Source of the DNA: Gammaproteobacteria bacterium
GTDB lineage: Bacteria > Pseudomonadota > Gammaproteobacteria > Arenicellales > JAANXG01
Length of the DNA: 64,000 nucleotides
Assembly: GCA_024638505.1 (NCBI GenBank)
Contig: JAHEKE010000012.1
Coordinates: forward strand, 7,509-71,508
Direction: 5' to 3'
The notes under the pieces were generated by a model. It was not told the origin of the DNA and did not search any database. It saw only the letters and a list, made by a program, of their open reading frames with translations. Of the stretch, positions 23,592 to 34,419 are shown one piece after another (position 1 is the first letter of the stretch; every line of letters begins with the position of its first letter). The position numbers and the translations under genes were made by a program.

Positions 23592-23915
23592 TCAGCGTTC
23601 CAGGTACTGCAGCTTGTCGCTTACTTCCTCCCACTCCTTGGCATCCCCCGGTGCAGGCTTCATTTCCGTGATCACCGGCCACTCCTTCGCCAGTTCCGTG
23701 TTGAGTTCAAGGAAATGCTGCTGTTCAGCGGGGAGTTCATCCTCGGCGTAGATTGCGTTGACCGGACATTCAGGCTCACACAGGCTGCAGTCTATGCACT
23801 CCTCAGGATCGATGACCAAAAAATTGGGCCCTTCGTGGAAGCAGTCCACCGGACAGACCTCCACGCAATCTGTGTACTTGCACTTAATACATGATTCGGT
23901 GACCACGTAGGTCAT
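23592..23915 (-). CDS. fdxA: Ferredoxin FdxA (7Fe, 3Fe-4S/4Fe-4S type)
   Basis: [26 protein letters not shown]...[16 protein letters not shown] is the Azotobacter-type ferredoxin I pattern. The ATG at 23915 is preferred over the upstream ATG at 23927. Confidence 0.9.
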   Translation of the reverse strand: MTYVVTESCIKCKYTDCVEVCPVDCFHEGPNFLVIDPEECIDCSLCEPECPVNAIYAEDELPAEQQHFLELNTELAKEWPVITEMKPAPGDAKEWEEVSDKLQYLER

Positions 23916-24076
23916 ATACTGCTCCAAGCGTGAAGATAAAGGGAGCAGTATTGTATGGGCTCTTTTTTAGCGGGTAAATGGAGATCTTGTTGCTGGCTAA
24001 ATCGCCCAAATAATCTATCTTTCTCTTAATAAACAATATTTTCCGGGATTTCTGGGAGGGATTTGGGAGCATTGGT

Positions 24077-25819
24077 ATGTTGACGGTATCGGTTCCTAAA
24101 CTACGGGCCCATGGCCCCAGGGCTGCGGAAGTAAGGCCCAGAAGAGTTGAAGCCTGGCTGGCTGCTTTGCCCCAGGCTAATGCTGAAGACAGCTTACAGC
24201 AAATCCTGCAGGCGCTGTTTGTGCAGAACCGAACTGCGCTGGATCCAGACAACAGGCTGAGTCTGATGGTGCTCTACCACAAGCCTGTGTTCAACATCAT
24301 TGAATCTTTAACCCGCACCTACGCCGCTTCGCCCCATCCTTTATCCGAGCGCCAGTATGCGGTGGCCACAGCAGTGCAAAAACTATGCGTTGAACTGGCC
24401 AATGGATACAAGATTGTCGCAAACGATTTAACGCTTTTAGATTCCATTGAAGATAGCAAAGATAAGTTTGTCCTGGCCCTGCAGCGAGCCATCGATACCT
24501 TGAGTTTCACCATTACCAACGCGTACGCCATTTACTGCGATTGTCCGGAGGGCGTATGGCGGGATCTGCATCAGCTGTTTCGCATGGCGGAACTGCACAA
24601 AATGCTGAACTATCCCGTGCAGAGTCCCGAGGAGGACACTTCTGAGGATAAGCTGGTCACGGTTTATGAGAGCTATCAACGGGCGCTTTTGATCGGTGCA
24701 TCGTCGCCCTATGGTTTGTCCCAGGGCGAATGTGCGCAGCTGTTCTGTTTGATCCCGCACTGGCAGTGCGAAGTGCAAATCAGCAAGAAATCTGCCAGGC
24801 TGAGAAAAGATGGGGCTGGTTGTTTTCTGGTGAACCTGGTGGCAGACAGAGCGCCTATACCGATGACTAAAGTGGCGCAGTCGGATCTGCATTCCGAAAA
24901 TAGTGCACACCTGCGCATGATTAACACGCTGGATGTGGCGCGTGAAATTCACTCTATATTAAAGATATCGGATCCACGCGACGTCCGCGCACCGGGGACG
25001 CTATCAACGCCGGATGCCAATACTGATTTATTGCGGCGTTTCGGCCGCGTGCTGGCCGGCGTCAATATCGTACGTCGATCAAATCGTACCCCGTGCAACC
25101 ATCAAATCTCTATCTGCATCGGTTTAAATGCCACGCATTTCTTTGCCAGCGGACAGCGCCACTTTAGACCTGAACCGGCCGAGCCCAACGCCAAACCGGT
25201 AAACGAGGTGGCACGAAATGAGGAATTTTTCGATCTGACCGACCCTACGCTGGGTAACGCCCAGGATACAGATCAGCCGCCTGCTGCGCGCACCGACCCC
25301 TGGCGGAATAGCAGCGTTTATCGCCTGCATCCGTGCCGCGTGACCAACCAGAGTGCCGGCGGGCTTGGCATACAAATCAGCCTGCCAACGGAACTCAGGC
25401 TTCGCGTTGGTGATCTGGTCGGATTGCAGTTCCCTACACCCGACCAGTGGCGCGTCGGAACGATAAGGTGGATGAGGAGTCAGTCAGCTCAGTTGTTTGA
25501 TGTGGGGATTCAGATGCTGGCGCCCAGGCTGTCACCGGTCGCGGTCAGGCGCAAGATCGACGACGATGAACGCAGTCCTTTTTTTCAGGCGCTGCTGTTG
25601 CCGGGCAATCGTGCGCTGAGACAACCAGAGTCCATACTGGTTCCCCGTGGGACCTATCATAAAGGCGAAAAACTGGTCTTGAGCATCGACGCGGAGCAGG
25701 CCGTGATATCGCCGCTGCATTTACTGGATCGCACCACCAGCTACGACCAGCTGTTCATCACACCGTCCTTCAGCACAATGTCCGACACGCAGCATTCCAA
25801 GATCGTACCGATTCGCTAG
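24077..25819 (+). CDS. Large hypothetical protein with a C-terminal PilZ-like (putative c-di-GMP-binding) region
   Basis: 580 aa. RRSNR (RxxxR, nt 25073-25087) and NQSAGG (N-x-S-x-x-G, nt 25346-25363) are followed by a beta-rich LRVGDLVGLQF...WRVGTIRW segment. The N-terminal 330 aa are helical with no motif I recognise. Confidence 0.6.
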   Translation: MLTVSVPKLRAHGPRAAEVRPRRVEAWLAALPQANAEDSLQQILQALFVQNRTALDPDNRLSLMVLYHKPVFNIIESLTRTYAASPHPLSERQYAVATAVQKLCVELANGYKIVANDLTLLDSIEDSKDKFVLALQRAIDTLSFTITNAYAIYCDCPEGVWRDLHQLFRMAELHKMLNYPVQSPEEDTSEDKLVTVYESYQRALLIGASSPYGLSQGECAQLFCLIPHWQCEVQISKKSARLRKDGAGCFLVNLVADRAPIPMTKVAQSDLHSENSAHLRMINTLDVAREIHSILKISDPRDVRAPGTLSTPDANTDLLRRFGRVLAGVNIVRRSNRTPCNHQISICIGLNATHFFASGQRHFRPEPAEPNAKPVNEVARNEEFFDLTDPTLGNAQDTDQPPAARTDPWRNSSVYRLHPCRVTNQSAGGLGIQISLPTELRLRVGDLVGLQFPTPDQWRVGTIRWMRSQSAQLFDVGIQMLAPRLSPVAVRRKIDDDERSPFFQALLLPGNRALRQPESILVPRGTYHKGEKLVLSIDAEQAVISPLHLLDRTTSYDQLFITPSFSTMSDTQHSKIVPIR

Positions 25820-25856
25820 TGCGCCTGAGGAAGGTCTGCCGCGGTGGGTCTTTGAG

Positions 25857-28394
25857 TTACAGCATTTCCTTCAGCCTAAACAAAGTCGCCAGCGCCTCCC
25901 TTGGCGTTAAGTCTTCCGGTTCGATCCGCTGTAACAGATCTAAAGCGGCACTGGCCGGTTGATCAAAAATTGACAGCTGATCGGCCGAGGCCCCAGGGCT
26001 CTCCGGGTACTGAGCCTCGAGTTCGGCCAGCTTCTGGCGGGCATCCTGAATGACGTCATCCGGCACCCCCGCGAGCTTCGCCACCTGCAACCCGTAGCTC
26101 TGATTAGCCGGGCCAGGCTTTACCGAATACAGGAAAACTATTTCTCCCCCGTGCTCAACCGCGTCCAGGTGCAAATTGTTCACTCCCCCGATCCCGTCTG
26201 CCAGCGCTGTAATTTCAAAATAGTGGGTTGAAAATAAAGTGAAGGATTGCACTGATTTGGCCAGCGCCATAGCACAGGCCCAGGCCAGGGCCAACCCGTC
26301 ATACGTGCTGGTGCCGCGGCCGATTTCATCTACCAATACCAGGCTGTTTCTATCCGCGTTGCGCAGAATATGCGCTATCTCGGTCATTTCCACCATGAAG
26401 GTGGAGCGCCCGCCAGATAAATCATCAGATGCACCGATCCTGGTAAATATGCGGTCAATGCGGCCGATTTCTGCCCGCTCTGCAGGAACATAGCTTCCGG
26501 TATGCGCCAGCAGGCAGATCAGCGCCACCTGCCGCATATAGGTGCTTTTCCCTCCCATGTTGGGCCCGGTAACGACGAACATGCGATCGCTATTGCTGAA
26601 TTCACAGTCGTTGGCGACAAAGTTCCGGTTCTGACTATGTTCAACCACCGCATGACGACCATTACGAATACTAATACCCGGCTCGGCGCTCAGGTGTGGT
26701 GGTGACCAGCCCAGCGTTTGTGCCCGCTCGGCAAAATTAGCCAGCACGGTCAGTAAGGCGACGGCCTGGGCACACTGTTTGAGGCAGGGCACGGCGGGTG
26801 ACAATTCCTGCAGCAGGTTTTCATACAGTTCACGTTCTCTGCTTAAAGCTCGTTCCTTCGCGCTCAGGATCTTATCTTCATAAGTCTTTAACTCGGTCGT
26901 AATGTAGCGCTCCGAGTTTTTCAGGGTTTGCCGCCTAATATAGTGCTGGGGAACTTTATCCGCGTTGGATTTAGTAACCTCGATGTAAAACCCGTGTACC
27001 CGGTTGTATTGAACTTTCAGATTAGAGATACCCGTTGCCTCGCGTTCGCGTGCCTCAAGATTCAGCAGAAACTCGGTATTGTCCCGGCTCATTTTTCTCA
27101 GTTCATCGAGTTCGGCGTCGTAACCGCATCGAATTACGCCACCATCTCTTAACAAAGGAGCGGGTTCCTCTGCGACCGCCGTGCGTAACAGTGCCAACCA
27201 CTCCGGATAGGGGCCAAGCTGCGCACGGCATTTGTGCAGCAGGGGGGCAGGCAGCGGAGCGACGACCTGGACCAGGTCTTCGACCGTGTGCAGGCCGTGG
27301 CGCAGCTGCACCAGATCGCGCGGACGGGCGCTGTGCAGCGCGACCCGGCTAATGATCCTTTCCATGTCACCGACAGCACGGCAGAGTTCGACCAGCCGGT
27401 CGCGCTCACCCGACGCAACTACGGCGTCTACCGCGGCGAGCCGGGCCTGGATCTTCTCGTGATCGAGCAGGGGACTGTGCAGCCAGCGACGCAATAGTCT
27501 GGCACCCATCGGATTGGCACAGTGGTCCAGTAGGGAGACCAGCGTGCCTGTCCGACCTCCGGTAACGTTCATCTCAATTTCGAGGTGTCGCCGACTCGCG
27601 GCGTCAATGTGCATGAATTCATACTCTGCCTCGAAGCGCACCTGCTGCACGTGAGGCAGGTCCTGCAGTAACGTATCTTTCGCGTACTGCACCACGGCGC
27701 CGCTAGCCGCTGTTGCTAGTGGAAATTCCTCGCAGCCAAACGCGCGCAGATCTTGCGTACGGAACTGCTGGCACAAGATGGCCTGCGCCCGGTCAAGATC
27801 GAAATACCAGGCTGGAATTTCGTGCACCCGGCTCTGGAAGCCCTTGGGTATATGCCCGACAAATGCCTGATCGATGAGTATTTCTGCAGGATGCAGCCGC
27901 TCCAGCTCATCGGCAAGTTGTGCTGCAGACGGGAGTTCTTTGGCCGTAAACAGGGCACTGGTGACTTCTAATGCCGCCAAACCGAGTCGGTCTGGCCCGC
28001 CGCTCACGGCGAGCAGCAGATTGTCCCGTCGCGCTTCCAGTAGCGCATCATCGGTGAGCGTTCCCGGCGTCACTACGCGCACCACCTTGCGTTCTACCGG
28101 CCCCTTGGCTGCGTCCGGGGCTCCAATCTGTTCGCAAACGGCGACATAGTGGCCGTCCTTAACCATCTTCGACAGATACTGTTCTGCCGCATGTACCGGG
28201 ACGCCCGCCATGGGGATAGGCGCGCCGGCAGATTTTCCACGCTGGGTGAGGGTAATGTCCAGAATATCAGCCGCTTTTTGTGCATCATCATAAAACAGCT
28301 CGTAGAAGTCACCCATTCGATAAAACAAGAACATATCGGGGTACTCCGCCTTGATCTTAAAGTATTGCTGCATCATCGGCGTATGCTGAACCAT
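25857..28394 (-). CDS. mutS: DNA mismatch repair protein MutS
   Basis: 845 aa. [24 protein letters not shown], Walker [27 protein letters not shown] and FATHYFE-like STHYFE. Confidence 0.97.
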   Translation of the reverse strand: MVQHTPMMQQYFKIKAEYPDMFLFYRMGDFYELFYDDAQKAADILDITLTQRGKSAGAPIPMAGVPVHAAEQYLSKMVKDGHYVAVCEQIGAPDAAKGPVERKVVRVVTPGTLTDDALLEARRDNLLLAVSGGPDRLGLAALEVTSALFTAKELPSAAQLADELERLHPAEILIDQAFVGHIPKGFQSRVHEIPAWYFDLDRAQAILCQQFRTQDLRAFGCEEFPLATAASGAVVQYAKDTLLQDLPHVQQVRFEAEYEFMHIDAASRRHLEIEMNVTGGRTGTLVSLLDHCANPMGARLLRRWLHSPLLDHEKIQARLAAVDAVVASGERDRLVELCRAVGDMERIISRVALHSARPRDLVQLRHGLHTVEDLVQVVAPLPAPLLHKCRAQLGPYPEWLALLRTAVAEEPAPLLRDGGVIRCGYDAELDELRKMSRDNTEFLLNLEAREREATGISNLKVQYNRVHGFYIEVTKSNADKVPQHYIRRQTLKNSERYITTELKTYEDKILSAKERALSRERELYENLLQELSPAVPCLKQCAQAVALLTVLANFAERAQTLGWSPPHLSAEPGISIRNGRHAVVEHSQNRNFVANDCEFSNSDRMFVVTGPNMGGKSTYMRQVALICLLAHTGSYVPAERAEIGRIDRIFTRIGASDDLSGGRSTFMVEMTEIAHILRNADRNSLVLVDEIGRGTSTYDGLALAWACAMALAKSVQSFTLFSTHYFEITALADGIGGVNNLHLDAVEHGGEIVFLYSVKPGPANQSYGLQVAKLAGVPDDVIQDARQKLAELEAQYPESPGASADQLSIFDQPASAALDLLQRIEPEDLTPREALATLFRLKEML

Positions 28395-28512
28395 AGCGAG
28401 CTAGCCCACGATAGAGGGGATGAATGAACGCCATTCTGCCCGCAGTGAATCAAGGGAAGATGTTTTGGGCGGCGGGCGGCCGCTGCGTACTGGCGCGGGA
28501 AAAACAGTCATA

Positions 28513-29298
28513 TCATTTTCGCTGTTTGGCAATTGCGGCGAGTATTGCGGCATGGATGTTCGGATTTGCCGCAACAACGTCGCCGCTGTCCAAATGTTGC
28601 TGCGTGTTGTCAAAATCGCTGATTAACCCCCCCGCTTCCTGAATGAGCAGACAGCCAGCGGCGATATCCCAATAGCTGAGACCGAATTCCCAGAACCCAT
28701 CGAATCGACCGCACGCCACATAAGCTAGATCCAGTGCGGCAGACCCGGCGCGGCGAATACCGCTGGTCTGGATCAGCAACGCGCGAAAGGTTCGTAGCCA
28801 CGGATCGAGGTGGTCCATTGCGCGGAAAGGAAATCCGGTTCCCAATAAAGATTCTTTCAGGGTTGACGTCTGGCTTACACGAATGCGGCGCTCGTTTAGT
28901 TGAGCGCCTCTGCCCCGGCTAGCGGTGAATAATTCGTTGCGCAGCGGATCAAAGATAACGCCGTGCTGCAGAGCACCTTCATGCGCTAATGCAATCGAGA
29001 CGGAGAACTGTGGATAGCCATGCAGATAGTTGGTGGTACCGTCCAGCGGGTCGATAATCCACATAAAGCTGTTGCCGTCCCTGCTGCCACTCTCCTCAGC
29101 CAGAATCGCGTGGTCCGGATAAGCTGAGGTGATTACTCTGATGATTTCCGCTTCCGCTAGATGATCGACCTCGCTGACAAAATCGTTACGGCTCTTTTCC
29201 TGCACAGTTAAGCCCTCCAACCGATCCAGATGCCGGAGCATGACGTTGCCCGCTCTGCGTGCTGCCTTTATCGCAATGTTTAACATTGGGTGTAGCAT
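28513..29298 (-). CDS. suhB: Inositol monophosphatase family protein SuhB
   Basis: 261 aa. MLHPMLNIAIKAARRAG, AEESG, IIDPLDGTTNY and WDIAAG. Confidence 0.9.
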   Translation of the reverse strand: MLHPMLNIAIKAARRAGNVMLRHLDRLEGLTVQEKSRNDFVSEVDHLAEAEIIRVITSAYPDHAILAEESGSRDGNSFMWIIDPLDGTTNYLHGYPQFSVSIALAHEGALQHGVIFDPLRNELFTASRGRGAQLNERRIRVSQTSTLKESLLGTGFPFRAMDHLDPWLRTFRALLIQTSGIRRAGSAALDLAYVACGRFDGFWEFGLSYWDIAAGCLLIQEAGGLISDFDNTQQHLDSGDVVAANPNIHAAILAAIAKQRK

Positions 29299-29579
29299 GC
29301 TGTCTCCTTGAAGTTTCTGGCAGCGGCGAACGGCACCCTATGCTCCGGGCGGAAGGCTTACGCGTTGCTGCATGCTGGAGGTGAACGTGAGCTGGTGCAA
29401 TGGCGCCAACTAGCATAGCGCACAAGTGTGCAGGCTTACGACCATTTTAACCATGCTGCGGGGTTGAAAGGCGTCTGCATAATGGGTCACGGTGCTGCCG
29501 CGCGGCACATCGTGGTTCTGCGCAAGACTGCATGCGCGGTAGGAAGCAAGATTGAGCGCAAGGAGTATGATATGCGCAT

Positions 29580-30311
29580 ATGTTATCGAACATCCGCTTC
29601 ACTCTCGTTGAAACTAGCCACCCAGGAAACATTGGAGGGGTGGCGAGGGCGATGAAGTGCATGGGCCTGCACAGCCTGGCACTGGTTGCGCCTAAAGTTT
29701 TTCCCGATCCGGACGCGGTCAGCCGGGCGGCGGGAGCCGAGGACCTGCTGACCGGTGCATACGTTTTCAGCGACATCAAACAAGCTATTGCAGACTGTGT
29801 TTTTGTGGTTGGCACTACCGCCCGCCCGCGGGCGATCGAATGGCCGGTGTTGACACCCGGCATTGCTGCCGGGCGTATTCTTGCTGAATCGAGAAATGGG
29901 CCGGTAGCCGTTTTGTTCGGTCGTGAACGCAGCGGTTTGACCAACAAAGAGGTGGAGCGGTGTAATCTGCTGGTAAGAATTCCTACGACAGAGGATTATG
30001 CCTCGTTGAATCTGGCCTGTGCCGCTCAGATTTTGGCCTACGAACTGTATCTTAGGTCCGGTTTGCCAAACCCTGCCGACCCACCCGGGCAGGCGCAGGC
30101 AGACAGTGCGAGTATGGATCAGTTTCATCGTCATTTGGAGCAGGCGCTGCACGACCTCAATTTTATCAAGGTCGATCCACCAACCAAGCTGATGCGAAAA
30201 CTGACAAGGTTTTTTAATCGCGCGCAGCCGAGTCAGGAGGAGCTGAATATATTTCGCGGCATTTTAAGCGCAGCGCAGGCAGCTGCGAGAAGGGACAAAA
30301 AAGGATCCTGA
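29580..30311 (+). CDS. trmJ: tRNA (cytidine/uridine-2'-O)-methyltransferase TrmJ (SpoU/TrmH class)
   Basis: 243 aa. IRFTLVETSHPGNIGGVARAMK, LFGRERSGLTNKE and SLNLACAAQILAYE. Divergent from suhB, as in Pseudomonas. Confidence 0.85.
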   Translation: MLSNIRFTLVETSHPGNIGGVARAMKCMGLHSLALVAPKVFPDPDAVSRAAGAEDLLTGAYVFSDIKQAIADCVFVVGTTARPRAIEWPVLTPGIAAGRILAESRNGPVAVLFGRERSGLTNKEVERCNLLVRIPTTEDYASLNLACAAQILAYELYLRSGLPNPADPPGQAQADSASMDQFHRHLEQALHDLNFIKVDPPTKLMRKLTRFFNRAQPSQEELNIFRGILSAAQAAARRDKKGS

Positions 30312-30468
30312 ACTGATTCTGCCTGTTAGCAGCGATACGGGCCGGTTATCCGCTGGTGGGCAGGGGATCTGGTCCAGCGGCCCATGGCTCGCGGGGACAC
30401 CACCCCCAAGGTTCTATCTCCATTTGGTCAATATTGATGTAACTGATTGATTTATATGCACTTAGCTA

Positions 30469-30493
30469 ATAGTTGACCGTTTCAGTCGACTAA
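30469..30493 (+). promoter_or_regulatory. IscR type-1 binding site overlapping the putative iscR promoter
   Basis: ATAGTTGACCGTTTCAGTCGACTAA matches the type-1 consensus ATASYYGACTRWWWYAGTCRRSTAT at 23 of 25 positions. It covers a -35-like TTGACC (30473-30478), with a 17-nt spacer to AACAAT (30496-30501). Confidence 0.55.
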
Positions 30494-30533
30494 GCAACAA
30501 TCGTGCTTCTTGAGACATGGGAATGATCCATAG

Positions 30534-30992
30534 ATGAAACTGACGACGCGTGGCCGTTATGCCGTAACGGCCATGCTGGACCTCGCCATACATTACGACA
30601 AAGGCTCGATTACGCTGGCTGACGTCGCCGAGCGACAGGGCATATCTCTAGCCTATCTGGAACAGCTGTTTTCCCAGCTGAGGAAGCGAGGATTGGTCAC
30701 CAGTACCCGCGGGCCAGGTGGCGGTTATCGACTGAGCTTACCGCCGGGTCAGATATCCGTGGCGAGAATAATCGATGCCATAGACGAAAACATTGACACC
30801 ACGCTGTGCGCCGGACACAAAAACTGTATAGATGACGATGCGTGTCTGACGCATTTCCTGTGGGAGGAGTTAAGCACGAATATCAGGGCATTTTTAAGCG
30901 CTAAAACCCTTGGCGATCTGGTTAATCAACCCCATGTAAAGCAAGTGGCGATCAAACAGGAACGGCGGTTTGAAGTCGAAGTCTCCCATTAG
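30534..30992 (+). CDS. iscR: Fe-S cluster assembly transcriptional regulator IscR (Rrf2 family)
   Basis: 152 aa. MKLTTRGRYAVTAMLDLA and a wHTH. The cluster ligands fall exactly at C92, C98, C104 and H107 (LCAGHKNCIDDDACLTH). Confidence 0.9.
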   Translation: MKLTTRGRYAVTAMLDLAIHYDKGSITLADVAERQGISLAYLEQLFSQLRKRGLVTSTRGPGGGYRLSLPPGQISVARIIDAIDENIDTTLCAGHKNCIDDDACLTHFLWEELSTNIRAFLSAKTLGDLVNQPHVKQVAIKQERRFEVEVSH

Positions 30993-31042
30993 GTCGGAAA
31001 TTCTCAGCAGTCTTAGCAGGACGAGTTAAGAGATAACTAAAG

Positions 31043-31366
31043 ATGTCGATAACATTAACAGAAGCTGCAGCAGATCGAGTAAAGCAGTACTTACAGGTCA
31101 GGGGCAAAGGTGAAGGCCTGCGCTTCGGCGTAAAGACCAGTGGATGCTCAGGCTACTCCTACATTGTAAACTATGCCGACGAGATCAAGCCGGATGACCA
31201 TATTTTTGAGAGCAACGGCGTTAAGATCATTGTTGATGCGAAAAGCTTGGAAGTCGTAGTGGATACGGAAATTGATTTTGTAAAGACCGGACTGAATGAA
31301 TCTTTCCAGTTTAATAATCCCAAGACCAAGGATACCTGCGGCTGTGGCGAAAGCTTCAGCATTTAA
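31043..31366 (+). CDS. iscA: A-type Fe-S carrier (IscA/ErpA/HesB family)
   Basis: 107 aa. LRFGVKTSGCSGYSY and the C-terminal CGCGESFSI give the three conserved cysteines. Confidence 0.85.
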   Translation: MSITLTEAAADRVKQYLQVRGKGEGLRFGVKTSGCSGYSYIVNYADEIKPDDHIFESNGVKIIVDAKSLEVVVDTEIDFVKTGLNESFQFNNPKTKDTCGCGESFSI

Positions 31367-31431
31367 CTTCAACGAATTCCTTACCGGTTTGTTGCACCTT
31401 TCGGCATTTTAGCCGACCTCGCTGATTGAGC

Positions 31432-32820
31432 ATGTCTTCCTCTACGCGGTGCCGAGCGCCAAACGACCGGCCGTCGGGCTCCTCAGCCGCAGAGCGGCGT
31501 GTCGGCATTACTACGCTGGGCTGTAAGGTAAACGCGTTTGAGTCACACCTGATCGCGCAAAAACTTAGCGCGTCGGACTGGACTGTAGTTGATGACCGGG
31601 AAATAGCGGATCTTTACATCATCAACACCTGCACCGTCACGCAGGAGGCGGATCGTCAGGCGCGGCAAGCGGTGAGGCGGGCAGCGCGGCGTAACCCACG
31701 GGCACAGATAGTAGTAACGGGATGTTATGCGCAAATGTCTGCCCAGGCCTGCGCAGATATACCCGGAGTAGATCTGGTCATCGGAAATGATCGTAAGCTC
31801 GATATTGATATTTTACTGGCCAGCCTGAGCCAGCAGAGTGGTACACCCCGGATTATGGTCGGCGATGTGGATCAGCACGTCAGTCTGCCCGACCGGTTAC
31901 TCACCGGCTACAGTGGCCAGACGCGAGCTTTTGTCCAGGTCCAGCAGGGATGCAATCAGGCTTGTACCTTCTGCATTATTCACCGAGCGCGCGGCGCCAG
32001 CCGCTCGCTGCCGCCCACGATGGTGAAACAGCAGGTCGAAGGTTTTGCCAATGTGGGCTACCGGGAAGTGGTAATCTGCGGGGTGGACCTTGGCGCTTAC
32101 GGCCAGGATCTGAGTTCAGGCGCAGCGGGCAGCTATTGCCTGGCTGATTTACTGGCAGAACTGTGTGACTTGACGGGAGATTTCCGTATTCGATTGAGTT
32201 CCATCGATCCCGCACACATCGACGCCCGGCTTATCGCTTTGATTAAGCATCAGCCCAGGCTTTGTCCCCACCTGCACCTCTCTCTGCAGAGCGGCAATTC
32301 TCTGATTCTCAAACGAATGAAGCGACGCTACAGCGCCGAGCAGGTATACGCGACCGTGGCTGATCTGCGGCATCATTTACCCGAGCTGGTGCTGAGCGCC
32401 GATATTATGGCCGGTTTTCCCACCGAAACTGAGGCCCAGTTTGAGGATACATTAACCATGGTCAAGCGGCTTGAAATCGCTTTTCCGCACGTATTTCCCT
32501 ATTCGTCCCGACCGGGGACGCCCGCGGCCCGTATCCCACAGGTAAAACAAGTGCCTCAAACCGAGCGTAAAGCCCGCGCGAAAAGCCTGCGGCAGGCGGG
32601 TGCGCAAGTCAGGTCAAAGCTGCTGCATGCCCGGCTCGGATCGACCGGCCGCATTTTGGTTGAAAGCGGTAGCTGCCCACTTCCAGGCCTGCAAAAAGGG
32701 CGTGCCGCTGATTACCTCGAGGTGTGGGTACCGGTTTCGGGCGCACAGATTGGGCAGTGGGTGGATGTTGTATACCGTTCCGTACACGGGGATGCTCTCA
32801 TTGCCGGGGTAGCAGGCTGA
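31432..32820 (+). CDS. mtaB: MiaB-like radical-SAM methylthiotransferase (MtaB family)
   Basis: N-terminal UPF0004 cysteines (TLGCKVN, NTCTVT, TGCYAQ) and the radical-SAM motif GCNQACTFCII. The ORF is open from a TTG at 31426 and the ATG at 31432 is chosen. There is an unusual Ser/Arg-rich 25-aa leader. Confidence 0.78.
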   Translation: MSSSTRCRAPNDRPSGSSAAERRVGITTLGCKVNAFESHLIAQKLSASDWTVVDDREIADLYIINTCTVTQEADRQARQAVRRAARRNPRAQIVVTGCYAQMSAQACADIPGVDLVIGNDRKLDIDILLASLSQQSGTPRIMVGDVDQHVSLPDRLLTGYSGQTRAFVQVQQGCNQACTFCIIHRARGASRSLPPTMVKQQVEGFANVGYREVVICGVDLGAYGQDLSSGAAGSYCLADLLAELCDLTGDFRIRLSSIDPAHIDARLIALIKHQPRLCPHLHLSLQSGNSLILKRMKRRYSAEQVYATVADLRHHLPELVLSADIMAGFPTETEAQFEDTLTMVKRLEIAFPHVFPYSSRPGTPAARIPQVKQVPQTERKARAKSLRQAGAQVRSKLLHARLGSTGRILVESGSCPLPGLQKGRAADYLEVWVPVSGAQIGQWVDVVYRSVHGDALIAGVAG

Positions 32821-32883
32821 CGCTAAACTACGCGCCGCTTGGTCCATCGTGGGCCTTTTCTCTTTTTCCAGGAGTGTTTTAAT

Positions 32884-33315
32884 ATGGCAGTAGAGCGTAC
32901 GTTATCCATAATCAAGCCCGACGCGGTGGCTAAAGATATCATTGGTGAGATTAACCGGCGGTTTGAAGCAGCCGGATTGCATATCGTAGCCGCAAAAATG
33001 CTGCACCTCAGCGCGGAACAAGCGCAGGGCTTCTACGCCGTGCATAAAGAAAGGCCTTTTTACAACGATCTGGTCACCTACATGCAATCTGGGCCGGTAC
33101 TGGTACAGGTATTGGAGGGCGACAACGCCATCCAGAAGAATCGGGAAATTATGGGAGCAACCAACCCGGCGGAGGCTGCGGCAGGGACAATACGCGCTGA
33201 TTTTGCGCAATCCGTGGAGGAGAACGCGGTACACGGATCCGATGCTGCAGGCACGGCCAGAGAGGAGATCGCTTTTTTCTTCAAGCATGATGAAATCTGC
33301 CCCCGGACCAGATAA
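32884..33315 (+). CDS. ndk: Nucleoside diphosphate kinase
   Basis: The ATG at 32884 gives [15 protein letters not shown]..., with NAVHGSDA (active-site His). The upstream part of the ORF (from 32839) is unlikely to be translated. Confidence 0.95.
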   Translation: MAVERTLSIIKPDAVAKDIIGEINRRFEAAGLHIVAAKMLHLSAEQAQGFYAVHKERPFYNDLVTYMQSGPVLVQVLEGDNAIQKNREIMGATNPAEAAAGTIRADFAQSVEENAVHGSDAAGTAREEIAFFFKHDEICPRTR

Positions 33316-33318
33316 GTC

Positions 33319-34419
33319 ATGCCGCAGATAAACTTGTTAGGCATGGATCGCACCGGCCTGGTCCAGTTTTTTGATGGCCTGGGTGAGAAAGCATTTCGTG
33401 CCGACCAGGTAAGCAAATGGATTCATCAAAGAGGAGCCGCCTCCTTCGATATGATGACCAACCTTAGCCGCGATTTACGAGCCCGGCTAAACGTTTTATC
33501 CGTGGTTACCACACCGGTCGTTGCCGATGAGCAGCGGTCTGCGGATGGCACGCGCAAATGGCTGCTGCGCTTGCAGGAGGGAAACTGCATCGAAACCGTT
33601 TTTATTCCTGAGGCTGCGCGTGGCACTCTGTGTGTATCCTCCCAGGTAGGCTGTGCCCTGAACTGCACGTTCTGCGCCACCGCCAGGCAGGGCTACAGTC
33701 GCAATCTGAGCAGCGCGGAAATCATTGGCCAGCTATGGGTGGCCCGGCGGGAAATGGCTAAGTCGGCGCAGCAACCCCAGCTGGAGATTACCAACGTTGT
33801 GCTAATGGGTATGGGCGAACCTCTGTTGAATTTTGACCAGGTCGCAGTTGCTTTGCGTCTCATGCTGGATGACTTCGCATACGGCCTGTCCCGGCGGCGA
33901 GTTACGCTCAGTACGGCAGGTATCGTTCCCGGGATAGATCGACTGCGTGTAGAATGCCCGGTCAGCCTAGCGCTATCCTTGCACGCGCCGAATGACGAGC
34001 TGCGTGATCAGCTGGTTCCGTTGAACAGAAAATATCCCATCGCTGCGCTGATGGCTGCCTGTAGGCGTTACGTTGCGGATGCCCCGCGTGCCCGCGTCAC
34101 GTTTGAATATGTGATGCTATCCGGGATTAACGACAGTGCGCAGCATGCGAGGCAACTGATCAGGCTGCTGGGAGATTTGCCGGCCAAGGTTAACTTGATA
34201 CCATTCAACGGGTTTCCGGGAGCGCCGTACCGCTGTTCAAGCGAGCAGGATATAGAACGTTTTAAAGATTTACTTTACCGCGCAGGAATCATGACCATAA
34301 TCCGTAAAACCCGGGGCGATGATATTGCCGCTGCATGCGGGCAGCTGGCTGGAAGATTTGTCGACCGCACGCGTCGATCAGCGCGAATGCAAGCCCGATC
34401 GTCAGGTATGATCAATTGA
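33319..34419 (+). CDS. rlmN: 23S rRNA/tRNA A2503/A37 C2-methyltransferase RlmN (radical SAM)
   Basis: 366 aa. [37 protein letters not shown] and [11 protein letters not shown]. Confidence 0.95.
   Translation: MPQINLLGMDRTGLVQFFDGLGEKAFRADQVSKWIHQRGAASFDMMTNLSRDLRARLNVLSVVTTPVVADEQRSADGTRKWLLRLQEGNCIETVFIPEAARGTLCVSSQVGCALNCTFCATARQGYSRNLSSAEIIGQLWVARREMAKSAQQPQLEITNVVLMGMGEPLLNFDQVAVALRLMLDDFAYGLSRRRVTLSTAGIVPGIDRLRVECPVSLALSLHAPNDELRDQLVPLNRKYPIAALMAACRRYVADAPRARVTFEYVMLSGINDSAQHARQLIRLLGDLPAKVNLIPFNGFPGAPYRCSSEQDIERFKDLLYRAGIMTIIRKTRGDDIAAACGQLAGRFVDRTRRSARMQARSSGMIN

Noticed and set aside
29299-29579. A 282-nt GC-rich suhB/trmJ divergent spacer, and the 223-nt trmJ-iscR spacer (30312-30533), considered as possible cysE remnants or sRNAs.
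   Set aside because: I could not recognise any translated CysE hexapeptide-repeat remnant or promoter/terminator pair. Homology searches I cannot run are needed.
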